Notes under the pieces: model-generated
The model's input: the letters and a program-made list of their open reading frames with translations, nothing else
The model's database searches: none
What the model was told of the DNA's origin: nothing
Source of the DNA: Aplysia californica
Taxonomy: Eukaryota
DNA: 64,000 nucleotides
NCBI RefSeq assembly: GCF_000002075.1
Contig: NW_004797271.1
Location: 4,047,378-4,111,377, forward strand
Reading direction: 5' to 3'
Part shown: positions 11,758 to 25,294 of the stretch, in pieces
How positions within the stretch are numbered: position 1 is the first letter of the stretch
How the letters are laid out: every line of letters begins with the position of its first letter
Translations under genes and position numbers: made by a program

Positions 11758-14700
11758 TTTTATCTCGCAAAGCGATAAGGGCTTCGAGGTAAGATGAGAA
11801 GGTCTGCGTTTGGCGCCGCTGGTCACTTTTGGCTGAGTTCTCTCGCCGTTCGGTCACGCCTCTTGTTTCCCTTGGATTAAAATGTGTTGTTCCTGCGGGT
11901 GTTTGGTTTGTTAACCTTTTTCTAAGATTTCCTATTTGCTTTGGACTCACGTGAGTAGGCTTTCTTTTTCACAGACGTGAACAAATTTGCAATTATAATA
12001 TTTACAAACATGTCCGTAATAGAGACAGACGAATTCAACCTGGCAGATTTTGACTTTGAAGATGACGATTGTACTGGGCCAGGGGAAAATAAGAGACCGG
12101 CTCAAAACAAAAGTCCGGTATCAGAACAAAAAGGGCCCGATAATGATGGGAATCAAATACCTGGGGTACAGGCAAATCTTTTCTCTGCTATTGAGATGCA
12201 GACAAAACTATGAAAATTTTTTAAAAAGTCGAACAAAGTCCCTGCCAAAATAAGAGGACGAAAGACACCAAGGTATGAATATTCCTCTTCCTCTTCATCG
12301 TCATCTACTTCTTCATCATTGTGGCACCATGCTGGCCCTCACAGCCCTTTTCCCCACTCCTGATGCAAATCCGGGTCGAAAAGCCAGTCCTTCTATGTCT
12401 GCAAGAGAAAATTTTCTCCCCCTACAAAGCAGTCCAGACCAAACACATCACTTGCACAAAAAGCTTCGCTTGCAAGTGTGCAAAGTGTCAGGAAAAAATA
12501 AGAAAGGGAAGGCCTTTCTGAAGCAGCAACCGACCTTCTCATGTCCTCGAGGCGAAATGAAACAAAGAAGGTGTATCACCAAGGAACTTAAAACCGTAAC
12601 CTCCTTGCGTATCACCGATACATTGAGGACTGGAAGCGGTACGCGGTCCTCCAACAAGTGGATTCAATTTCACTGCCCCTTAATACGTTGCGCTCAATTT
12701 CCTTGCCTCATAAGTCACGGAAGGGAAATCGTACTCTGCTTAATGCATTGTAAGCTCTGCCCTGGCATGTTATATCAACGAGGAAAATAGTTCAGAATCT
12801 TTTGGTAACCTGCCTCAAGTTAGGAGATTTATTAAAGGAGCTATTGAGTCTATACCTAGTAGCCACTTGGGGTGTAAACACAGTACTTTCTTTTCTAGAA
12901 ACAGGGTACCCCAATGAAAGCCTCACTTTAAAAGAAGTGTCCTTAAAGCGCGTCATGTTGTTGGCCCTCCTGTCCGGACAAAGGTGTCAAACGTTGTATA
13001 AATTAAACACTAATTACATGACTGTGACAGCAAACAAATGTACATTTTTCATTTCAAATCTGTTGAGGCATTCTCGCAAGGGTTGTCACCAGAAGCCTCT
13101 GGAATTTTTTGGCATTTGAAAAACGCCCACAGCGTTGCATCGTAGAGATACTGGCTGTATTTAAAAATGACAGGAGAGCATAGGAAACACATCACAAGTC
13201 GTCTCCTGATCAGTTTCCAAAGGCCACACTTCCCCATAAGTAAGGACACATTATGAAGATGGATTAAATCTGTTCTGGAACTGGCAGGAACTGACTTTGC
13301 ATTCTTTGCGCATAGCACTCACCCCGCGAGCACATCAGCTGCCTCTGAAGCAGATGTCCCACTCACAACAATTTTAGAGGCAGCAGGCTGGACGCAAGAG
13401 AGTACCTTTACTCGATTTTACAAAAAGCAAGTAAAACACAACTTCGGACAACGTCTGCTAGACACATACTTTTCAAAATCCACATGAATTATTGCATTTA
13501 TTGATCGGGCATTATATATTCAATATCTATATTATAATGATATCATTATTTCAAAACTTATAAGGATTAAAATATTCTGTATGTTAGTCACCGTACTACG
13601 GTTTTGCTTTGGTTAATTAGCCGTTACAGGTCAGCACTCTGTACATATAATATCATCCCATGACAAGTCATGATGGGAAAAGGATTCTTTCCTTCATGCA
13701 GTCTAAAACCGATTTATTACATTGATCGACTGGACTTTACAAGTCTATTCTGTGTATAATATTGTCACTGCAATTCATTACGTTGAAGGATGTTTACTTT
13801 ATTTTGAGTTCTACATGTTTACATTGCATTAGTTGATGGACAGTACATTCACCTTCTTTGTGTACAATTATCTCATCACAAATCAGGATGGACAAGGTTT
13901 CTTTATTTCATGCAGCATGAAACTGATTATTACACTAATGGATTGGACATTACATGTCAACTTTATACGCACGGTATCATTATCTCATCACTTGTTTGGT
14001 GGAAGAAAACTCTTTACTTATGCAACATAAAGTAAAATAATTCCAACCAACATAAAGTAAAATAATTCCAACTAGGTTCTAATTAAAAAAACGATTAGAC
14101 ATTACATGTCTGTACCTTATACCATTATCTCAACACAATTCATGGTGTTGGAAAATGTTTCACTATTTTCAGTGTTACTGATTTGTATAAACGAACTGGA
14201 CAATGCATGTCACATTTTCTACTTTTAAATTTATTCAGCATGCATATGATTTATTGCATTTAAGTGTTCTGCACATTACATGCAGATATCATCACCATGT
14301 CACCACATATCATCTTGAAAAAAAATTCTTTACTCTATTCAAAATGTTATTTTGGGATTATAAGCTAAACAAACAGCAAATAAACCCTCATAATGATTTA
14401 CAAAATGTTTTTCAAACATTTTATTATTATGTGACAATGTTCTCTTGGCATCGCTTGAAAAGCAGTTGTCCTGATTCGGTTTAGCGACTGGATAGTCACA
14501 TTCTGGCTCTAAAGTCTCATCTTACCCCGAAGCCCTGATGGCTTGCGAGATAAAATTAAAGAAGCATGCGATCTTACCTGGGTAAGTAAAGCTTGTTTCT
14601 GATTGTGTCGAGTAAGTCACCAGGAGCTGAGTAGGAAGATGCCTACCCTTTCCCTCACTTTGAGTTTGAGACAAAGTCAAAGCATTCCATGCTTTATTAA

Positions 14701-14862
14701 GATGACTTAATTGAGAATGTGACTATCGTGATCAAAAGTGTGACCAGCGGCGGGAAACGCAGGCCTTCTCTCATCTTCCCACTCAGCTCCTGATGATGAC
14801 TTACTCGACAAAATCAGAAACAAGTTTCACTTACCCAGGTAAGATCGCATGTTTCTTTAATT
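11758..14862 (+). mobile_element. DIRS1-like tyrosine-recombinase retrotransposon, non-autonomous (RT/RNase H deleted)
   Basis: Starts with TTT. Left terminus 11758-11799 is complementary to ICR 14515-14555. Left ITR 11800-11831 is inverted at 14734-14767. Right extension ~14772-14862 is complementary to ICR 14554-14641. A degenerate YR ORF lies inside. Confidence 0.85.
12560..13487 (+). pseudogene. Degenerate tyrosine recombinase (YR) of the DIRS element
   Basis: LTLKEVSLKRVMLLALLSGQRCQTL and FAHSTHPASTSAA...ILEAAGWTQESTFTRFYKK match DIRS YR motifs. Frameshifts and stops are present, and the HxxR Arg is replaced by His. Confidence 0.85.
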
Positions 14863-15949
14863 AACCTAAATTATGTCGACCAGAGTGTAACATATTTACA
14901 ATTTACAAGCAGATTCTTCGATCGAGAGTTGTGACCACAGAAGCTAGCCAAGTTAGGATTGACGGTTGGCCTTTGATTGTTTGAGTAAAGAGACGTATAT
15001 CGACACAATTATGGTCATTTAGTGCTGGAAAATAGACAGAAAGACATTGACAGACAGAAACAAAGGGAAAGTAAAGAAGAGGGATCTACCAGTGGCGCCC
15101 TCCAACCACCCGCGGTTAGCCTTTCATCATTCAGAGTCGATAAGTCTCATAGGATATTATAAGTTACTGTTGCTAATGACATCTTTTGGCTATGACCCTG
15201 CATTAAGTCTCCAACCACTCGCGGTTAGCCTTTCATGGTTCATGATAAGTCTCATAATTTGATATATACGGTAAGTTACTGTTGCTTTGTTTTGGTAAGT
15301 GTTTTACGGCGCTCGCAACTGCATATGGTCACTTTTAATTTTAAGGACAAACGGGCTAACCCAGATTTCGGGGGTTTCCAGAAATCTTGGCCTACACCAA
15401 AAGGGGCATTGCTCTACCTATAAGAGAAGTTTGGTTTCATTGATGTGTATATTTGTTTGGTTATTGAGAAAACTCTCCTTGTCTTTTATAGAAGCTGAAC
15501 AGGAGTCCAAAAACTTTACCTTCGATTTTCTCAAAACAGTATTTTTCGGGATAGCCCACTTGTCCTTAAGAGCGACCATATCTGTCCCCGTTGTTTTATG
15601 CAAGAAAAATTCTGAAATTATGCAAACTGAGCCCAAAAATGTGAAATTATGCGATTCTGTTAATTTTAACAAAGAAAAATAATCAGAAATTATGCAAAAA
15701 ATGATCAAAATTTGCTAAATTATGCGAGGTGCATAAAACCACAGGGACAGCCATATAAGGTCATACAATGTATGAGCGCGCGGGACACATTAAACGTTTT
15801 GTTGGTATTATTGTAGCTGATGAATCTTTTGGCTATGACCAGAGACCATAAATAATTATTGGCTACGACAATGAATTAAGTCTATGGGTCACGCGTGGAA
15901 TATGGTGGAGTGCCACTCAACTGTGGGCAGTAGTCGACCATTTCCGTTA

Positions 15950-18087
15950 GGGAGTGCTTATTTAGGCCACATATGGCCTAAATAAGGTAAGGGAGGGGGG
16001 TTTAGCTTATTTAGGCCACACATGCTCANNNNNNNNNNNNNNNNNNNNNNNNNNNNNNNNNNNNNNNNNNNNNNNNNNNNNNNNNNNNNNNNNNNNNNNN
16101 NNNNNNNNNNNNNNNNNNNNNNNNNNNNCAACCCCCCCAAAAAAAAAAAAAAAAAAACCCCAACAACCTAACAACAACCCCAGTAACAGAAGCAATCAAT
16201 ACAAACAAATTGTTCTTAAAAAACAAACAAACCCAAAGCACCCCCCAAACCCCCCCCCCCCCCCAAAAAACAAAAACAAAAAAACAAAAAAAAAACCTAC
16301 AACAAAACACACAAAACAAACAAACTGCGAACTTTAGCATTAAGCCAAGCTCCTAAAAATATTATCAAAACGCTTCCTCAAGGAGCGGATTGCAGAGGTG
16401 TATTAATAAAATACAGGCACATGTCCCCCATTTTCACTGTTTCACGTCTTAACAGTCATGCTTATGCATGGTATTTGTTTGGAGTGTGCGATTATCGTAA
16501 AACCACAAGCGTTTATTAAAAGGGAGTGCTTATTTAGGCCACATATGGCCTAAATAAGGTAAGGGAGGGGGGTTTAGCTTATTTAGGCCACACATGCTCA
16601 AACTACCCTTTTCAGGCAACTGAGTTCGTTCCACTTTCATAATGGTGCACCTTTCTCATTTAGTACGGTTTTTTCTCAGTGTACAACTTATAAATCATAA
16701 CCATAATGAATATTGTAAAGAACAAAGCACAATACGCAAAATTGTGCTCAATCCCAATGGTTTGAATGAGGGCCAGATTTTTCCTTCATGGAGGGGCAAA
16801 AGCTAGGCTACCATTTTGGCGCACTTTGGTCAAGTGAAAAGGTCAAATCCTCCGAATGGACTTCCGGGTTAAATTTGGGGTATAAAAAGTGTGTACACTA
16901 CGTGGCTGAGTCAAAGTTACACTATCTTTGCCTGAGTGACACTCTTTCGTTCTGTCTCGTAGTAGTAGTAGCAAAGATCGTGTAGAGAATATTTGGTAGT
17001 AGATTCTATCTAGTAGGCAGTTTAGTGAACGTGTTCGCGGCAGGGCGAATCGGCCTCGATAAGCCCCGTAGACTTTTGTGATCGGCCACGAAGCCTCGTG
17101 TTTTGATGGGTCTAGATCTAGATCTAAACAACTCTGTGTTGTTTACACTGCCACATCCGACAGGCCTAGATCTACATTTTTTTAAAAGGAAAAGAAAGAT
17201 CATCAAAATGGTTGAATTCGCGTGAAAATCGATTCGGTAGAACTAGAACTATTGTAATTTGCTTCTGAAAACAAGGCAATTTTTATACGGAGGACATTTT
17301 TATAACTCGATGAAATAAAAACTACTGGCTGTGTACTGTGTTATTCTGTATAAAGATAAATTATGAAACTTCAGGACGTATTATTAATTTCCACCATCTT
17401 TTGACGCCTGAGCTGTAGATGTTGAAGTTTTCACAACACTAATAGATCTAGTAATATGGTTAGGTAATAGGGCTTTCCGTAAAAAAATGCATAGATCTAC
17501 AAAAGCCGAACCACCGAATCGACCGGGTACCTCGCTCTCCCCTGCACACTGTGATAACGTGTTGCTTCGGTATCGCATTATTCAACTATTAATACGTGCG
17601 GCTATGGCAATTGGGATGTACTGACTGACAAAAAATTCAGTTTTGTTTTTATTTTACCATATATTTGACTTTAATAGTGCAGGCGACAGCAAGATCTAGA
17701 TTCCCTGTCTGGAATCAATAGTAGCAGGCCTATGCTAGAAGCAGCCAGAGAGCCTACAACTGCTAGATCTAGATCTAACTTATTACATGTATTGCTATGC
17801 CTTTGGGCTTTGGAATTGAAATAAAACGAATTGCACAGTTCTAGTTACTTTTAGATTCAGCAAGTAACTGTATTTCCAGAGTCAATAATAACAAATCTCA
17901 GCATAACAATCACTTTTACTTTTATTAGAATAATTAGATCCAACTTTTTTTTCTAAAACTGTTTTGCACAAACTTAAGATTTTCTCTACTTGTAGAGCAC
18001 AGAATTTACATTGTAAGCCTCTGCTCAGTCTTTTAGTATATACATACATACATACATACATACATACATACATACATACATACACAC

Positions 18088-18122
<35 letters not shown>

Positions 18123-20049
18123 TCTATATAATCATTTTATGTTATTTTCGGGATATTTTTAAAACTCTTTTTTTCAACATGTCATAAAATCAAATTGTGC
18201 CATTTTCTTTGAAAAGAATAGCATTAGCAGTGGACTTTTTAGACAGCGAGTCTCTGATTCAATATAAAAAAAAAAAAAATGCTAATCAATGAAAATTGCA
18301 AATTGGTTATAGTTTAGTCCTTTAGAGGATAGGGGGACTCTGGGGTCTGCAGAGCGAAATGCTAGGTTTTAGGATGTGAATCCCGGAGTCACCGTAGTGA
18401 AATAAGGTTTGGTTTAAGTAAGGATTGGTGGACCCCGGAGTCAACGTAGTGATAAATAAGCAGGTTTAAGGTGGACCCGGGGGTCTACCTAGCGAAATAC
18501 TAGGTTTTAGGACAGGTGGACCCCGGGGTCACCGTANNNNNNNNNNNNNNNNNNNNNNNNNNNNNNNNNNNNNNNNNNNNNNNNNNNNNNNNNNNNNNNN
18601 NNNNNNNNNNNNNNNNNNNNNNNNNNNNNNNNNNNNNNNNNNNNNNNNNNNNNNNNNNNNNNNNNNNNNNNNNNNNNNNNNNNNNNNNNNNNNNNNNNNN
18701 NNNNNNNNNNNNNNNNNNNNNNNNNNNNNNNNNNNNNNNNNNNNNNNNNNNNNNNNNNNNNNNNNNNNNNNNNNNNATTCTAAAAACCTAACTAGTATTT
18801 CGTTAGGTAGACCCTGGGGTCCACCTTAAACCTACCTATTTCACTACGTTGACTCTAGGGTCCACCAATCCTTAAAATTAAACCTAGATCTACATGTACT
18901 TATTTCACTACATTGACCCCAGGGTCCACTAATCCTTAATTAACCTAGATCTACTGATTTCACTACGTTGACCCCGGGGTCCACCAATCCTTAATTAAAC
19001 CTATATCTACTTATAATTTCACTACGTTGACCACGGGCTCCGCCAGTCCTACTATAAAATAAACTGAGATCTACTTATTTCACTATGTTGACCCCGGGGT
19101 CCACCGATCCTTAGTTAAACCTAGATCTACTACTTATTTCACTACGCTGACTCCGGGGTTCACATCCTAAAACCTAGCATTTTGTTAGAGGTAGACCCCG
19201 GGGTCCACCTATCCTTTTGGCTAGATAGACCCCGTAGTCCGCCTATCCACTTTTTAAAAATAATAACTGAAAACAATACATGCCAGTTGTCATGAATAGT
19301 GAAGAAAAATGCGGGGGAAAAAAGACAATGAGGTAGACTATGATTTGTCAAAAAAATTGCAAGTGCAAGTGAAGTTCATAAAATAATTTTGTTATTTTCT
19401 GGTCATCTTTCCCGTTGATAAAAAATTCCAGTGGGCCTACTACTAGATCTATGTCTCAGAAGAACATTTTGCTTGCCTTTATTAGCTTTGTTCATGTACA
19501 TGAAAGCATGGAATATATAGTTTCACACAAATATATGCACAATACTTTGAAAAAAAAAGATAAGGTCATTGTTGTTTTATTTTTTTACGGAATCCGTTTT
19601 ACGTTGAGAAAAGCGCTAAAAACAAGTTTTAAAATTTTAAGAAAGCCCCTAATATTAATATTAGGAATCCGAAATTATTACTACCTAGTTGGCTTACTCT
19701 TTAATAACCACGAACAGTTAAGAAAAAAAAAAAGACAATGATATAGGATTTGTCTAAATATGACCGTTAGCAATAAAGATATTGCCCATTTTGTCCAATT
19801 ATCCTTACAAGTAAAATCACCCTGCACTGTACCTCAATAAGCACAAAAGGAATATTTCTGTGACTTTGTGTAAAGGTGTGGCCTAAATAAGGTAAGGGAG
19901 GGGGGTTTAGCTTATTTAGGCCACAGGTGTGGCCTAAATAAGGTAAGGGAGGGGGGTTTAGCTTATTTAGGCCACAGGTGTGGCCTAAATAAGGTAAGGG
20001 AGGGGGGTTTAGCTTATTTAGGCCATATGTGGCCTAAATAAGGTCACCC
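15950..20049. mobile_element. Mutator-like non-autonomous TIR element with palindromic subterminal repeats
   Basis: Ends GGGAGTGCTTATTTAGGCC... and ...GGCCTAAATAAGGTCACCC. 9-bp TSD TTTCCGTTA at 15941-15949 and 20050-20058. Tandem ~52-bp palindromic units at 19875-20049. Confidence 0.75.
18324..19250. repeat. Foldback-type inverted minisatellite array (~50-58 bp unit)
   Basis: Unit CACTACGTTGACCCCGGGGTCCACCAATCCTTAATTAAACCTAGATCTACTTATTT is tandem at 18790-19215 and in inverted orientation at 18324-18536, with a gap between the arms. Confidence 0.75.
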
Positions 20050-20138
20050 TTTCCGTTATCAGAATATGATATCGACCCCTGTGGGGTTGTGTTCAACCCG
20101 GGAATAAAATGGTGAAACATGAGAGTGAGAGTGAGAGT

Positions 20139-20200
<62 letters not shown>

Positions 20201-20547
20201 AAGAAGAAGGGGTCGGGGAGTGAAATGTCTTGACGGGCCGAGGGACAAAAAATTATTAAAAGGGTGATTTTATTCACTCAGAGCTTTGTTTTCCTCCCTA
20301 TCTATCCAGAGAATAAATACCATCTGCAGAGAAGAATTTTTGACTTCATGTGAATTATATCTATCTATCTATCCATACATATATATATTATATATATGTC
20401 ACATGTGNNNNNNNNNNNNNNNNNNNNNNNNNNNNNNNNNNNNNNNNNNNNNNNNNNNNNNNNNNNNNNNNNNNNNNNNNNNNNNNNNNNNNNNNNNNNN
20501 NNNNNNNATCTATCTATCTATCTATACATATATATTATATATATGTC

Positions 20548-20596
<49 letters not shown>

Positions 20597-21069
20597 CGTG
20601 TTTGTGTGGCGTAATGCTTTTAATGCTTTGGGACCGCAGCTGGTGAGGGAAAGCCTAGGGCGACTTCCAGTTTACTCATGCATTATATTATATCCGATAA
20701 GGCCGACCGAACTACACTTTTAATTGAGAGAAGAATCTGTTTGAGTAAACAGAAGTACAGCGACACAATAATGGTCATTTAGTGTTGGCAAATTGTAAGC
20801 TAGATAGACAAAAACAATAAAGGGAAAGTAAAGAAGTAGGCCTAAACCTGAATTCAGAATACTCGTACAGAAACACAGATGACCTAGAATAGTTACACCG
20901 GACATAGTGATGCACTCAAGCATGATGCCAAATCAGCTTACAGCGACTCGAGCTCAAGGCTGAAACACCACAGCAGCATTCTTCTAGGCCTAACAATTTC
21001 CAACTTAGAATTAGAAGTTAGAAGTATAAAGTATACGGTTCGGCCTCGTGGAGTATTCAAGGTTGTTCC

Positions 21070-21540
21070 CTCTTTGTTTTAGTAAGTGTTTTACGGCACT
21101 TGCAACACAATAAGGTCATACAAGTGCCGAAGACTTGAGGTGTTACAAGAGAGTAACAAACACAAAAAAAGGAGGAGAGATTTATAAGGACTATATATGT
21201 TTGATGGGGAAGAAGCAAACCACACCAGAGCACCCGCCAACCACCCACATGGCTACATTGTTCTCTCATTCAGTTGTTTATTTGTAGTATGTTTTACAGC
21301 CCCTTAGACACAATTGAATTTAGATCATTTATGAGGCGGGCTTCGACTCTGCCAGTCAGAGTTTTAGTTTTAGTAGAGGTTTTACGGCGCTCGCAACTGC
21401 ATAAGGTCATATAAGTGCCAAAAATTTGAGGCGTTACAAGAGAGTAACAAACACACAAAAAAGGAGGAGAGATAAGGACAATAGATGTTTGATAGGAAAG
21501 AAGAAGCAAATCACACCAGAGCACCCGCCAACCACCCACT
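21070..21540 (-). mobile_element. Two adjacent 5'-truncated retroposon 3' ends (family B); third copy at ~26930-27093
   Basis: Near-identical ~180 bp units at 21070-21250 and 21360-21540, ending in the shared tail TATGACCTTATGCAGTTGCGAGCGCCGTAAAAC + A-rich repeat. Confidence 0.7.
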
Positions 21541-24500
21541 TCCCGTAAGAGCCGCCCGGGCGGGTGATAGGTACGGTACGATATCCCTGCAGAAAGATCG
21601 AGAGGCTCGATTTAAAAAAAAAAAATTCTTCCCACCTGGGATATGAAATTGGGTGTCCTGCATGCGACGATGAGACGCCTAACTGCTAAATCACAAACTC
21701 AGGTCTCAATAAGTTGGGTCCTATCTATTGGACATGCATGAAGTTCTTGATTATGTTGTGCACATGATGCGGAGTGGCCCATTGTCAAATCTTTCAACAG
21801 GCTTGCTTTGACATCGTTACACCTCGAAATCCTCACCAGAACTAGCTTCAATATCGTATGACGCTATGTACAGTATTTTCATTTTCGACAAGACTCGTGT
21901 GCACGTCATTCCCTCAGCTGAGGGAAATGTGAAGAAGCCATAAGAATTTAAACCATGCTCTAATTTTACTAATTAGCCTTCAACGGCCCCATATATGACT
22001 TGCTGAGTTCTGAGCTGATTAATTGGTGCGTGCAAATTTTTAAATTCTAGGCCCGCATGCATTATAAGGGAAGGTCAAAAAGTAATGCAAGTTGTTCGCT
22101 ATTTTGCACCAAATTTATTGACATTCAGCTTACAAGAACAAGAGGGGGTTGGTGGGTCAAACTGTAAACAAGTTCGTTTGTAACTTAAAGAAAATAGAAA
22201 GCAATCAGAACCATCATACCCCAAATTGAAGTTGAAGGGGCGCATCTGAGGATCAGATTACTATTTCCTAACTTAGGTCTCCATCCCGTTCGATAGCCAC
22301 TGTTGACCTTTTAATAAGTCCATGTTTGACTTCATACTCAGAATGACCTTTGTCCGTTGAATACAAGTTCAGAGCACAATGGGTTTGCCTGTGTAATAAT
22401 AGTGTGTATAAAAAGAGGCAGGACTGCCAAAAGTATAAATGAAACTGAATTCTTTCTCCTTGACCATGAACAGGACTACAGAACAGGAAAGGACTTAAAT
22501 GGAGAACATTTTTGAGAAACAAATTTTTCGTCGCTGTCTGGTTTCGATCCCACCAAACCCCAAGACCCCTTTAAAACTGAGCCATGATTTTTCCCTCAGT
22601 TATTACACATGACATGTATTTATTATTTTTTTCAACGCACGTAAACAAAAGTGAGAAACAGTGAATATTTCCATTTAGAATTTTTAATCACATATGACGG
22701 TGAACACATTTGGTTATCATAAAAGGGTGATGACAATGTTATTGCATGATCACTCTTGCTGTGAATCTTTGCAGTATGTACATTTCATTCATCATGTAAA
22801 CTTCAGGGACACTCTATGTCACATGGATTGTTCCCTTTCGTGATGGTTCCTTCATGGTAGTCGCCATGTTTGTTGCGGGAAAAAGACTGAACAGAGACCA
22901 AACATAAAGGGGAGGATAAGGATAATGAACCCCGCATGGAACATGCTGAAGTCATAACAACCAAACGTCCAGCAATACACATTAGTGCAGTCAACTCTCA
23001 ACTGCATTATGTCATAAAACAATAATACAGATGGTGACATTAAATGGGTCCATTCACTAAATGTTAAGAGTTAATCATAACTCAGTATGTTTTTCTGTCA
23101 CAACTAAATATTTTCACATTCATCCAACATTCAATAAAAAAGGCAATATTTATGATTATGGTATTCACTTTGAAAGACTTTTCATATACAGAATACCCAG
23201 TGCATTTACTGAAGCATTTAAGAAATCATTAAAAAGTTCATTCTATGCAAATGCAGTTCATTACCAGACATCTCTTGATCACACACACTCTAGCACAATA
23301 CACTCATCCATTTCACAAGGCACAAAAGTTGAACTAATTATAATTCACTGCCCCACTTCATAGCTTTCAACTGACATTGATCCATTTACACTGACAAGGA
23401 AGGGATTATAAAAGAAACAGTATGCAGGTCTCAAAAGAGCAGAAACCCAAATTATAGATTTAAGTTTACATATACATTACCGTCTAGGACCTGAAAGTAG
23501 ATTGTGGGATGTTTTACCTTGGGAGACAAGGCAGAGAAACAACAGTTAAGACACCATGAGATGCTTGCTGGTGTCTAAATAAGGTTTCAGGAGGGAAAGA
23601 ATGCTTGCTTTATTTGAGCTCAACACCCTGCTAGACATTAAAGTTAAAGGGTTATTTCGAAAGCAAAGTATACTGCAAAGGAAAAATGAAGGATGGAGCG
23701 GAGAGACATCCCTGCTAGTATAAACCCTGCCCCCCCCCCCCTTACAAAAAACCCCATCTGAGGTTCATTGTTTATCCTGCTATTCCAACAAAGGAGTGCT
23801 TCTTCCTCCTGCTGTTGTATCGTAGATCTCTATTCTAAAACCTGCCAACTCACCAGCTGTGGGAAAATGCTTGCCATTTCAAAGTAAATATTTGCAGACT
23901 TGGATTGACCATCATCATCACTGCCACTCTCATTCTGCATCAGGGTATAGGCCATGAACAAACACTTTTCACCTTTCCCTAACCCGGGCTAGCTTCTTCA
24001 TATTATTCCATATCTCCCCACTCTTCTGCACACCATTCTCTGTGACTCTTCTCCAGGTTCCACGTGGCCCAACCCTTGATCTCTTACCCTATGGATTCTA
24101 ATCCCACACTTTATTTGTTATGCAGAGGCCTGCCTGAATGAAATCGAAAAAAAAGGCATTTTCCTGCTGGTTTGGAAATTTTAATCTAATTTTTGTTTTT
24201 TGGATCAACACCTTTCATATCCAATTAAAAACCACTTCATGTGTGGATGTTACTGAAAAAACAACAACCTTGATTAAAGGCACAAAAATGTACACCTTCA
24301 GTTCCTAAGGACTCTCAAACTTTGGTGTCCATTTTCCTCATAATTTTTGCTCACCTTCTTCAATCGGAAATACCTAGACATGTTCAAGATAGATGGGCAA
24401 TTTTTTTCATGGAAAGCGAGACAAATGCTCATGCTTTAATGTGATACCATTACATTTACATGCCCAAAAATTGACTAGCCTCTGATTCCACACAAATGAC

Positions 24501-25005
24501 AACCGATCAACCAATTAATTTTCAAACCGACAATACAAATATTTACGCATTGTTTCAACACAAGACTCATAATGACAACATTGTGGCCAAACCAAAAAAT
24601 AAAAACACAACCCACAGGTCTTTTCATGTTATCAAGTAATTTTCTATTGCTGCTTTCTTTACCCTGCAGTCCCCAGGAAAAGTCAAAATACATAAATTAT
24701 CTTCCAACTTTCGTAATGTTAAATCAGTACATTGAAGAAAAAAAAATAATTGGAATACAGGCACCTCTGCATAGCATTCTGACAAAAACATTACAATAAA
24801 TAAAGAATCTTGAACAATACAGTGTAGCTGTAATAACTGTGATAGACTCACAGTGGGCCATAATTAGCGAAAGTCCCCAGCATTCATCCACCTTGAAAAA
24901 CTAAAATACGAACAGGTTAAATCATGTTTACATCTAGATAGATAGATTGATAGATAGATAGAGATAGAGACATACACACACACACAGAGCGAGAAAGAAA
25001 GGGTA

Positions 25006-25042
<37 letters not shown>

Positions 25043-25105
25043 GTGGGGGTGGAGGGGAGAGGAGGAGACAGAGAGAGAGTGAGTGAGAAAATGTTTTTAC
25101 AGATC

Positions 25106-25294
25106 TCAAGGGGTAAACTTGAGGTTAACTGGTGTGACGCGGCCAAATGTGCGCGCAGCGCCTCCTGTCAGCTGGTCCACCTGGGCTATGCTGTCCATGC
25201 TGTCATCGATGTGCATGCTCACCGATGGACCTGCCTCCTCCTGGCCCCGCTGAGTCTGAATGTTGCGCAGCATGGACTTTGCTTCTTCCCTGGT
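25106..25294 (-). CDS. CDC23: CDC23 exon 14 (terminal)
   Basis: [13 protein letters not shown]...[11 protein letters not shown]. Confidence 0.9.
   Translation of the reverse strand, partial: TREEAKSMLRNIQTQRGQEEAGPSVSMHIDDSMDSIAQVDQLTGGAARTFGRVTPVNLKFTP

Noticed and set aside
12560-13487. Phage integrase or horizontal transfer
   Set aside because: The motifs and flanking ITR/ICR identify a DIRS retrotransposon YR.
16522-16600. Second left end of the MULE-like element
   Set aside because: It duplicates the sequence just before a 100-N gap, and its flank does not match the TSD. It cannot be distinguished from misassembly.
19875-20049. CRISPR-like palindromic repeat arrays (also 45731-46379)
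   Set aside because: The spacers are identical or related, the context is eukaryotic with no cas genes, and the arrays are bounded by TIRs and TSDs.
20360-20560. Direct repeat around the gap
   Set aside because: Probably contig-end overlap at microsatellites.
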